5,921 nt of DNA from a virus (lineage: Duplodnaviria > Heunggongvirae > Uroviricota > Caudoviricetes): the IMG/VR virus record IMGVR_UViG_2778261064_000011, one strand, 5' to 3'. Shown here one piece after another: positions 1-5,921 of the stretch (positions within the stretch are counted from its first letter, which is position 1; the number at the start of each line of letters is the position of its first letter). The position numbers and the translations under genes are program-made. The notes under the pieces were generated by a model, which searched no databases, had not been told where the DNA came from, and saw nothing but the letters and a program-made list of their open reading frames with translations.

Positions 1-602
1 GACGACCAGAGCGTTTTGTTCTGCAGCTGGTCTGTGGTGCTGTCCGGTGTCATCCTGCGCATCCGGATATTGAACGGTCGCGGCGGCAGGTTATCCACCA
101 CCACCGAGGCCAGATACTGCGACGTGGTTTTGCCCTTAATGGTGATGTCTTTTTCTGTCACCCAGCCACCGTTACGTTGTATCTGAACCAGCAGGCGGAC
201 TTCCGACGGATTCCGGTCACCCTTTGAGGTGGTTTCCACCAGTGCCCGCACACCGAAGGTAAAGCGCAGACGGTCGATGTTTGCAGACGTGATGGTCCGG
301 GTGATCGGCGTGTCGTATTTCACTTCCGTACCCAGCACCGTCTCGGAACCGGAGGATTCAAATCCCTCCGGCGGTGTCTGCTCCTGCTCACCTGCCCGGA
401 ACACCACCGTGACACCGGAGATGTTGGTATTCCCCTCACTGTCCAGCACCGGTGTACTGTTCAGCAGCACGCTTTTTAATCCATCCACCGGACCTTCAAT
501 CGGCCCTTCGCTGATGGCATCGATCACACTCAGCAGCTGCGTGGATTTCAGGTTATCCTTCGCTTCGCGCGGGGTATGCCCCTTACTGCTGCCTTTACCC
601 AT
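1..602 (-). CDS. J: Central tail fibre / host specificity protein J, N-terminal 200 codons only (3' end of gene lies beyond window start)
   Basis: Minus-strand ATG at 602..600. I translated the reverse complement of 481..602 directly as MGKGSSKGHTPREAKDNLKSTQLLSVIDAISEGPIEGPVDG, and of 1..60 as ...RRMTPDSTTDQLQNKTLWS, with the frame open to the window edge. This matches the lambda gpJ N-terminus as I recall it. GGAG Shine-Dalgarno 8 nt upstream. Not in the ORF track because there is no in-window stop. Confidence 0.93.
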   Translation of the reverse strand, partial: MGKGSSKGHTPREAKDNLKSTQLLSVIDAISEGPIEGPVDGLKSVLLNSTPVLDSEGNTNISGVTVVFRAGEQEQTPPEGFESSGSETVLGTEVKYDTPITRTITSANIDRLRFTFGVRALVETTSKGDRNPSEVRLLVQIQRNGGWVTEKDITIKGKTTSQYLASVVVDNLPPRPFNIRMRRMTPDSTTDQLQNKTLWS

Positions 603-610
603 TCGTCATG

Positions 611-614
611 CTCC
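611..614 (-). promoter_or_regulatory. Shine-Dalgarno (GGAG) for J
   Basis: Minus strand reads GGAG at 614..611, then 8-nt spacer (610..603), then J ATG at 602. Confidence 0.5.
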
Positions 615-624
615 ATAAACGACA

Positions 625-644
625 AAACCGCCCGGAGGCGGTTT
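625..644. other. Intercistronic stem-loop between I stop and J start (8-bp stem 625..632 / 637..644, 4-nt loop 633..636)
   Basis: Plus strand aaaccgcc-cgga-ggcggttt is a perfect inverted repeat. On the mRNA (minus) strand it reads AAACCGCC-UCCG-GGCGGUUU followed by UGUCGUUUAU, a U-rich tract. Confidence 0.45.
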
Positions 645-662
645 CACATAAAACATTTTGCA

Positions 663-1334
663 TCAGCGACCAATCACCACAACCTGACCACCGTCCCCTT
701 CGTCTGCCGTGCTGATCTCCTGAGAAACCACCCGCGACCCCACACGCATTTCACCGTACAGAACAGGCAAAACATTGCCCTGAGCAACCATGTTATCCAG
801 TGAGGAAAAATAGGTGTTCTGTTTGCCGTTATCCGTTGTCTGTGTACGGGGAGTTCTGGCTTTCGGTGCCAGCATCTGCGCCACACCACCGAGCACCATA
901 CTGGCACCGAGAGAAAACAGGATGCCGGTCATACCACCGGCCCCAATGGCTGCCCCCCATGCTGCAAGGGTGGCTCCGGCAGTAAAGAATGATCCGGCAA
1001 TGGCGGCAGCTCCCAGGACAATCTGGAATACACCACCTGACTTGGCCCCGGCGACTCTGGGAACAATATGAATCACAGCGCCATCAGGCAGAGTCTCATG
1101 TAACTGCGCCGTTAATCCGGACGTGCTGACATCCCGCCCGGCAATCCGTACCTGATACCAGCCGTCGCTCAGTTTCTGACGAAACGCCGGGAGCTGTGTG
1201 GCCAGCGCCCGGATAGCTTCAGCCCCCGTTTTCACACGAAGATCGATGCGGCGGCCAAATCGTTGCAAATCCCCGTAAAGGCAGATGCGTGCCATGCCCG
1301 GTGACGCCAGAGGGAGTGTGTGCGTCGCTGCCAT
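663..1334 (-). CDS. I: Tail tip assembly protein I (223 aa), ubiquitin-like N-terminal region and hydrophobic Gly/Ala-rich C-terminal half
   Basis: Complete ORF in track (MAATHTLPLASPGMARICLYGDLQRF...VVVIGR) with TGA stop at 665..663. Recognised as lambda gpI. Same strand and order as lambda. Start lies 103 nt inside K in a different frame. Confidence 0.92.
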   Translation of the reverse strand: MAATHTLPLASPGMARICLYGDLQRFGRRIDLRVKTGAEAIRALATQLPAFRQKLSDGWYQVRIAGRDVSTSGLTAQLHETLPDGAVIHIVPRVAGAKSGGVFQIVLGAAAIAGSFFTAGATLAAWGAAIGAGGMTGILFSLGASMVLGGVAQMLAPKARTPRTQTTDNGKQNTYFSSLDNMVAQGNVLPVLYGEMRVGSRVVSQEISTADEGDGGQVVVIGR

Positions 1335-1975
1335 TTGTCGGTATACCTCTCTCGTTTGCTCAGTTGTTCAGGAATATGGTGCAGCAGCTCGCCATCACCA
1401 CAGTAAATGGCGGCATGATTCGGCACCGATGAACCAAAACAGCACAGCAGCACATCGCCCGGTTGTGCTGATGACAACGGCACCTGATACAGCCCTGTGG
1501 CCTCCAGATTATCCAGATAGAGATTCTGACCGTGACGCCACCAGTCATCCTCGCGATGAAAATCCGGCATCTCAATCCCCGCCAGATGATAAGCATCCCG
1601 GAACAGCGTGTAACAGTCCGTCACCCCGTGCTCAAAGCGCCGCCCGGTGAGATGCGGCACACAGCGGAACTTATGAATCGTCCCCCGGCAGACCAGCCAC
1701 CACGGCAAATCACTCTGCACCTGCAGCCGCCGGTCGGCCTCACTCAGCCAGGGCAGACCACCGGGGTGGCTGTGGACCAGCGCCACAATCTCACCCTGCA
1801 TTTCTGCCTGCAGCCAGTCTTCCGGCGACATACGGAAATACGCCTCCGGCTCACCGGAGATATTCACGCAGGGGAAATATCTTTCCCCCTCCGGCGTGCT
1901 TACCACGAAGCCGCACGACTCCGCTGGCGCACATCGCCGGGCGTGCGCCAGAATCGCTGATTCTGCCTGTGTCAT
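1232..1975 (-). CDS. K: Tail tip assembly protein K (247-aa ORF), N-terminal JAB/MPN metalloprotease-like region plus C-terminal NlpC/P60-like cysteine peptidase region
   Basis: ORF MTQAESAILAHARRCAPAESCGFVV...HSHPGGLPWLSEAD... contains the JAMM signature H-x-H-x7-S-x2-D (HSHPGGLPWLSEAD) with an upstream Glu candidate (PAESCG), and a downstream Cys/His pair (GVTDCYTLF ... HAAIY) typical of NlpC/P60. ATG at 1975 lies 5 nt after the L stop with no Shine-Dalgarno, consistent with translational coupling. An alternative internal start (ATG at 1831, MSPEDW..., 199 aa) is preceded by GGAGG and matches the classical 199-aa lambda K length as I recall it. Confidence 0.88.
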   Translation of the reverse strand: MTQAESAILAHARRCAPAESCGFVVSTPEGERYFPCVNISGEPEAYFRMSPEDWLQAEMQGEIVALVHSHPGGLPWLSEADRRLQVQSDLPWWLVCRGTIHKFRCVPHLTGRRFEHGVTDCYTLFRDAYHLAGIEMPDFHREDDWWRHGQNLYLDNLEATGLYQVPLSSAQPGDVLLCCFGSSVPNHAAIYCGDGELLHHIPEQLSKRERYTDKWQRRTHSLWRHRAWHASAFTGICNDLAAASIFV

Positions 1976-1980
1976 GGGAT

Positions 1981-2679
1981 TTACTGCGAAAGTTTGTTAA
2001 TGGAAAGGAAGCCGCCAAAGTTGCCGACGTTATTGCGGAACTTACAACCGCTCAGGCATTTGCTGCATTTATCCTTCGTGATATCGGACGTTGGCTGGTC
2101 ATATTCATCCGCGACCGCCGGACCGTGATAACCGCACTCATCGCCGCGATAGGTCCAGGTGCAGGTGTTGGCCAGCATGATACGTCCCGGAAAAACAGCG
2201 CCGTCCGTTTCCGTCGGCGTGGACAGTACAAAAGAGGCACTCACCGCGCTCAGTTCGCTGCACTGCTCAATGCGCCAACGGCTGATCACCTCCTGCTCCG
2301 GATCGGCGTCACTGTTTCCGTTGACGAAGTTCACCGCATCCAGAAAACGGGCGTAAACCTTACGCCGGACCACCGTTCCGCCGACCAGACTCTGCAGATC
2401 TTCCGCCATCCCGGTGACCATACCGTACAGGTTAGAAACCGTCAGCGTGGGGCGCGTACTGGTGCCTTTGCCATTCAGTTCAAAACCACTCCCCTGAATG
2501 GGATACGGCTGATACTGTCGCCCCTGCCAGGTGACCGGCTCACCTTTTTCGTTCTGCTCATTACAGAAAAAATAACGTTCTCCACCGACCTCTGTCAGGT
2601 CGATTTCCCAGAGCACCACGCTGGCCGACTGCTCCGCACGGGTGCATTCATTCAGTGTTTCCTGCCGGATATCCTGCAT
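1981..2679 (-). CDS. L: Tail tip protein L (232 aa) with C-terminal cysteine cluster (putative iron-sulfur site)
   Basis: Complete ORF in track (MQDIRQETLNECTRAEQSASVVLWEIDLTEVGGERYFFCNEQ...). Recognised as lambda gpL. C-terminus carries clustered cysteines (...ANTCTWTYRGDECGYHG...KDKCSKCLSGCKF...). ATG at 2679 overlaps the M stop by 1 nt (minus strand TGATG). Confidence 0.93.
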   Translation of the reverse strand: MQDIRQETLNECTRAEQSASVVLWEIDLTEVGGERYFFCNEQNEKGEPVTWQGRQYQPYPIQGSGFELNGKGTSTRPTLTVSNLYGMVTGMAEDLQSLVGGTVVRRKVYARFLDAVNFVNGNSDADPEQEVISRWRIEQCSELSAVSASFVLSTPTETDGAVFPGRIMLANTCTWTYRGDECGYHGPAVADEYDQPTSDITKDKCSKCLSGCKFRNNVGNFGGFLSINKLSQ

Positions 2680-3008
2680 CAGTTCACCACCTGTTCAAAC
2701 TCTGCGCTGAACTCAACACGCAGCATACTGACCCGCGACGACCATTTTGCGCAGGTCACCTTTATCTGCCGCCACTCATAAGGCGGCGTCCACAGAAAGG
2801 CTTTCCAGCCCCCGTGCTCTTCCAGAAACGACTCCAGTACCGTGGCCTCCTCACGGGGGACAGAAAGCGTCACGCTGTACGTTTTCAGGTTGGCATTCAG
2901 CCCGGCAGGCGCTCGCTGGGAATAGCCATCACCAAAGCGCACCTTTCTTACAGAAGGGGCCGAAGCCACATCCATACCGGGTTTCACTTTCCAGCGGAAG
3001 GTTTTCAT
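2679..3008 (-). CDS. M: Tail tip protein M (109 aa)
   Basis: Complete ORF in track (MKTFRWKVKPGMDVASAPSVRKVRFGDGYSQRAPAGLNANLKTYSVTLSVPREEATVLESFLEEHGGWKAFLWTPPYEWRQIKVTCAKWSSRVSMLRVEFSAEFEQVVN). Recognised as lambda gpM. GGAGG Shine-Dalgarno at 3019..3015, 6 nt before the ATG. The ATG overlaps the H stop by 4 nt. Confidence 0.93.
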   Translation of the reverse strand: MKTFRWKVKPGMDVASAPSVRKVRFGDGYSQRAPAGLNANLKTYSVTLSVPREEATVLESFLEEHGGWKAFLWTPPYEWRQIKVTCAKWSSRVSMLRVEFSAEFEQVVN

Positions 3009-5566
3009 CGTCCACCTCCGGAGAACAGACCACCATCACGCATCTGCCCGGTCACAACATCCATTGCCGCCTTACGGGCTACGTCATAAACAGCCTTCAG
3101 CGCCTGTGGCCCTATCTGACCGTTCGTGCCGTCGTTGTTAATCACCACATGGTTATTCTGCTCAAACGTCCCGGACGCCTGCGACCGACTGTCCGCCATG
3201 CTGCCCGGTGTACCGACATAACCGCCGGTGGCATAGCCGCGCATCAGCCGGTAAAGATTCCCCACGCCAATCCGGCTGGTTGCCTCCTTGGTGAAGACAA
3301 ATTCACCACGGTGAACAATCCCCGCTGGCTCATATTTGCCGCCGGTTCCCGTAAATCCTCCGGTCGCAAAATGGAGTTTCGCCGCAGCTGCCTGAATGGC
3401 TGTACCGCCTGACGCTGATGCGCCACCACTGGCAGCACCGCCAATGGCGCTGCCGATACTCCCGACAATCCCCACCATTGCCTGCTTAAGCAGAATTTCT
3501 GTCATCATGGACAGCACGGAACGGGTGAAGCTGCGCCAGTTCTGTTCACTGCCGGTCAGCATCGCCGCCATATTCTGTGCAATACCATCAAAGGTCTGCG
3601 TGGCTGCACTTTTAACCTGCGACATACTGTCCGTGGCGCTCTCTTCCCACTCACTCCAGCCTGACCTGAGGCCTGCCATCCAGCTCCCACGAAGCTGGTC
3701 TTCAGCCGCCCAGGTCTTTTTCTGCTCTGACATGACGCTATTCAGCGCCAGCGGATTATCGCCATACTGTTCCTTCAGGCGCTGTTCCGTGGCGTCCCGC
3801 GCTGCCTGCCGGTCAGTCAGCCCCCGGTTTTTCGCATCAATGGCTGCCCGTTTTGCCCGTTGTTGCTGTGCGAATTTATCCGCCTGCTGCGCCAGCGCAT
3901 TCAGGTGCTCCTGATACGTGACCTTATCGCCAAGTGCAGCCAGCTGGCGTTTGTACTCCAGCGTCTCGTCTTTATGCGCCAGCAGGGATTTCTCCTGTGC
4001 GGACAGCTGGCGACGTTGTGCCGCCTCCTCCAGTACCGCGAACTGACTTTCTGCCTTCCACAAATCCCGGCGCTGCTGGCTGATTTTCTCATTCGCTCCG
4101 GCATGCTTCTCCAGTGTCCGGAGTTCTGCCTGAAGCGTCAGCAGGGCAGCATGAGCACTGTCTTCCTGACGATCGCCCGCAGACACCTTCACGCCGGACT
4201 GTTTCGGCTTTTTCAGCGTCGCTTCATAATCCTTTTTCGCCGCCGCCATCAGCGTGTTGTAATCTGCCTGCAGGATTTTCCCGTCTTTCAGTGCCTTGTT
4301 CAGTTCTTCCTGACGGGCGGTATATTTCTCCAGCGGCGTCTGCAGCCGTTCGTAAGCCTTCTGCGCCTCTTCGGTATATTTCAGCCGTGACGCTTCGGTA
4401 TCGCTCTGCTGCTGCGCATTTTTGTCCTGTTGACTCTGCTGTTCAGCCTTCTTTCGGGCGGCTTCAAGCGCAAGACGGGCCTTTTCACGATCATCCCAGT
4501 AACGCGCCCGCGCTTCATCGTTAACAAAATAATCATCCTTGCGCAGATTCCAGATGTCGTCCGCTTTCTTAAACGCAGCCTCTGCCTTAATCAGCATCTC
4601 CTGAGCGGTATCAGGACGACCAATATCCAGCACCGCATCCCACATGGATTTGAATGCCCGTGCTGTCCTGTCTGCCCAGGTTTCCAGCGTGCCCATGTTC
4701 TCTTTCAAGCGTCGGGTCTGGTCATCAAACCCTTTCGTTGCGGCCTCGTTCGCCGCCTGCAATGCCCCGGCTTCATCGCCGGAACGCTGCAACTGAGCAA
4801 CATACGCAATCTGCTCCGCCGTCACGTTATGGAACTGGCGCGCCATCGCCGTCAGCCCCGACGTCGGGTCAGTGGTCAGCTTCCCGAAGGCTTCAGCGAC
4901 CTTGTCCACCTCCACACCGGATGCAGAGGAGAAACGCGCCACACTCTGGCTGATGGACGCAATCTGAGCCTCACCGCTTACCCCCGCCTTAACCAGTGCA
5001 CTGAGTGACTCGCTGGTCTGGTTAAACGTCAGCCCTGCAGCCTGCCCGGCTCTGGACAGGACCAGCATACGATCTGCCGTCAGTCCCGCCTGATTACCGG
5101 AAAGGACCAGCGTTTTGTTGAAATCGGACAGGGTTGAGTTACCCTGATACCAGGCATACGCCAGCGCACCGGTCGCCACCGCCAGCGAGGTGGCCCCGAC
5201 CATCGGCAGGGTGATCGCACCGGCAAGCCCCCGGAACATGGGGATCATCCCGCCGAAGGAGTCCTTAACCTGACCACCCTGTTGCAGCAGGATCAGCCAC
5301 GGGCTTTGCCCGCCTGCAAGCTGCGTGGCCACGTCGGTGAACTGTGCAGGCAGCATACGCATGGCGGCTTTATACTGCCCGACGGAAATCCCCGCTTTCT
5401 GTGCAGCCAGCGCCTGTCGGCTCAGCGACTGTTCAACGACTGCCGCTGTTTTTTTCGCATCACTTTCCGTACCGGAAAAATGACGCCTGACTCTGGCCAT
5501 CTGCTCGTCAAATCTGGCCGCATCCAGACTTAAATCAACGACCAGATCGCCTACCGGTTCAGCCAT
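3005..5566 (-). CDS. H: Tail tape measure protein H (853 aa)
   Basis: Single 2562-nt ORF. Translation (MAEPVGDLVVDLSLDAARFDEQMARVRRHF...) recognised as lambda gpH. N-terminal-proximal hydrophobic segment (GLAGAITLPMVGATSLAVATGALAYAWY), long central Ala/Gln/Lys/Glu/Arg-rich coiled-coil-like region, Gly-rich hydrophobic C-terminal segment (GIVGSIGSAIGGAASGGASASGG). Strong Shine-Dalgarno AGGAGGA 7 nt upstream. ATG overlaps T stop by 8 nt. Confidence 0.95.
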   Translation of the reverse strand: MAEPVGDLVVDLSLDAARFDEQMARVRRHFSGTESDAKKTAAVVEQSLSRQALAAQKAGISVGQYKAAMRMLPAQFTDVATQLAGGQSPWLILLQQGGQVKDSFGGMIPMFRGLAGAITLPMVGATSLAVATGALAYAWYQGNSTLSDFNKTLVLSGNQAGLTADRMLVLSRAGQAAGLTFNQTSESLSALVKAGVSGEAQIASISQSVARFSSASGVEVDKVAEAFGKLTTDPTSGLTAMARQFHNVTAEQIAYVAQLQRSGDEAGALQAANEAATKGFDDQTRRLKENMGTLETWADRTARAFKSMWDAVLDIGRPDTAQEMLIKAEAAFKKADDIWNLRKDDYFVNDEARARYWDDREKARLALEAARKKAEQQSQQDKNAQQQSDTEASRLKYTEEAQKAYERLQTPLEKYTARQEELNKALKDGKILQADYNTLMAAAKKDYEATLKKPKQSGVKVSAGDRQEDSAHAALLTLQAELRTLEKHAGANEKISQQRRDLWKAESQFAVLEEAAQRRQLSAQEKSLLAHKDETLEYKRQLAALGDKVTYQEHLNALAQQADKFAQQQRAKRAAIDAKNRGLTDRQAARDATEQRLKEQYGDNPLALNSVMSEQKKTWAAEDQLRGSWMAGLRSGWSEWEESATDSMSQVKSAATQTFDGIAQNMAAMLTGSEQNWRSFTRSVLSMMTEILLKQAMVGIVGSIGSAIGGAASGGASASGGTAIQAAAAKLHFATGGFTGTGGKYEPAGIVHRGEFVFTKEATSRIGVGNLYRLMRGYATGGYVGTPGSMADSRSQASGTFEQNNHVVINNDGTNGQIGPQALKAVYDVARKAAMDVVTGQMRDGGLFSGGGR
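3015..3019 (-). promoter_or_regulatory. Shine-Dalgarno (GGAGG) for M, embedded in the 3' end of H
   Basis: Minus strand reads GGAGG at 3019..3015, then 6-nt spacer, then ATG at 3008. Confidence 0.5.
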
Positions 5567-5921
5567 ACCGGACTCCTCCTGCGATCCCTTCTGATACTGT
5601 CATCAGCATTACGTCATCCTCCGTCATGCCCGCCATATCCGGGGAAGCGGGGATAACTTCATTTCCGTCCGGGTCAAAGCGGACGCCTCCGGTAAGCCCT
5701 GCCGCTTTCTGCATCAGCACATCATCTTCAGGCTCTTCGTCATCCTCACGCCGGTTCAGCAAACTGAAATCCAGCGGATGCATATCCGGATCGCTGAAAA
5801 ACAGGCTGAGCACAGTGTACGTCAGCCCGGAAAAGTGCATATCCGTAACCGGCTCATTTAAACCGTCTGGTCTGTTTCCTCCGGCTCTACAAAAATAATG
5901 TCCATCATTTTTAATGGACAC
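5559..5921 (-). CDS. T: Tail assembly chaperone T-frame product, C-terminal 120 codons (5' end beyond window; in lambda made only as a G-T frameshift fusion)
   Basis: Open frame from the window edge to TGA at 5561..5559. Acidic stretch (NRREDDEEPEDDV) and C-terminus ...MTVSEGIAGGVRYG. Position immediately upstream of H with 8-nt overlap matches lambda T. The first codon in the window is an internal GTG, not a start; the track's initial M is an artefact. Confidence 0.82.
   Translation of the reverse strand: MSIKNDGHYFCRAGGNRPDGLNEPVTDMHFSGLTYTVLSLFFSDPDMHPLDFSLLNRREDDEEPEDDVLMQKAAGLTGGVRFDPDGNEVIPASPDMAGMTEDDVMLMTVSEGIAGGVRYG
5574..5580 (-). promoter_or_regulatory. Shine-Dalgarno (AGGAGGA) for H, embedded in the 3' end of T
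   Basis: Minus strand reads AGGAGGA at 5580..5574, then 7-nt spacer, then ATG at 5566. Confidence 0.55.

Noticed and set aside
674-907. 77-aa minus-strand ORF, alternate frame inside I
   Set aside because: Fully nested in I in another frame; Trp/Arg/Cys-rich composition; no independent translation signals.
229-1071. Plus-strand ORFs of 61 to 129 aa (229..618, 576..803, 800..985, 814..1071)
   Set aside because: Antisense to J and I, whose minus-strand translations are recognisable. The track missed the true J frame only because it has no stop inside the window.
1360-1596. 78-aa minus-strand ORF, alternate frame inside K
   Set aside because: Fully nested in K in another frame; Cys/Arg/Ile-rich composition; no independent translation signals.
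1969-2781. 270-aa plus-strand ORF
   Set aside because: Lies entirely antisense to L and M. The translation is low-complexity and Arg-rich, as expected for the antisense frame of GC-rich coding DNA. No Shine-Dalgarno, no recognisable motif.
2747-3412. 221-aa plus-strand ORF
   Set aside because: Antisense to M and the 3' end of H; Ser/Pro/Arg-rich translation typical of a spurious frame.
3244-3468. 74-aa minus-strand ORF, alternate frame inside H
   Set aside because: Fully nested in H in another frame; no Shine-Dalgarno or recognisable motif; the H frame is clearly the real one.
3600-4700. Long Ala/Gln/Lys/Glu-rich coiled-coil region, which could be mistaken for an SMC-like or other structural-maintenance / defence ATPase
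   Set aside because: It is the central helical ruler of tape measure H. There are no Walker A/B motifs, and the flanking genes are tail tip proteins.
3396-5008. Several 99 to 192-aa plus-strand ORFs (3396..3914, 3860..4390, 4114..4524, 4430..5008, 4654..4953)
   Set aside because: All antisense to H; Cys/Arg/Leu/Pro-rich nonsense compositions; mutually overlapping in different frames; no ribosome-binding sites.
5899-5921. 7-bp inverted repeat (tgtccat ... atggaca) at the window edge
   Set aside because: Short, AT-rich, inside the T coding frame and truncated by the window edge; most likely chance. Cannot be evaluated without flanking sequence.
1-5921. Possible mobile element, CRISPR array, tRNA or toxin-antitoxin embedded in the module
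   Set aside because: No direct repeats with spacers, no tRNA-like structure, no transposase- or integrase-like ORF, and no small paired ORFs outside the known tail genes. Coding density on the minus strand is near 99 percent, leaving no room.

Overview
The window is a lambda-like (siphovirus) tail morphogenesis module, read entirely on the minus strand and laid out exactly as phage lambda genes T-H-M-L-K-I-J. In the direction of transcription the order is: the C-terminal 120 codons of T (5921..5559, start beyond the window), tape measure H (853 aa), tail tip M (109 aa), tail tip L (232 aa, C-terminal Cys cluster), K (247-aa ORF with JAB/MPN and NlpC/P60 motifs), I (223 aa) and the first 200 codons of the central tail fibre J. 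Genes are packed with 1-, 4- and 8-nt start/stop overlaps and one 103-nt out-of-frame K/I overlap; the only non-coding DNA is a 60-nt I-J spacer carrying a stem-loop and the J ribosome-binding site. Protein identifications rest on my recognition of the translated sequences (lambda gpH, gpM, gpL, gpK, gpI, gpJ N-terminus), not on a search. I do not see a novel or undescribed system here: no tRNA, rRNA, CRISPR, transposase or defence-like gene is evident. All long plus-strand ORFs look like antisense artefacts of GC-rich coding DNA. The points worth a second look are modest: the K start-codon choice, the I-J stem-loop, the gpI/gpK ubiquitin-like pairing and the gpL cysteine cluster.
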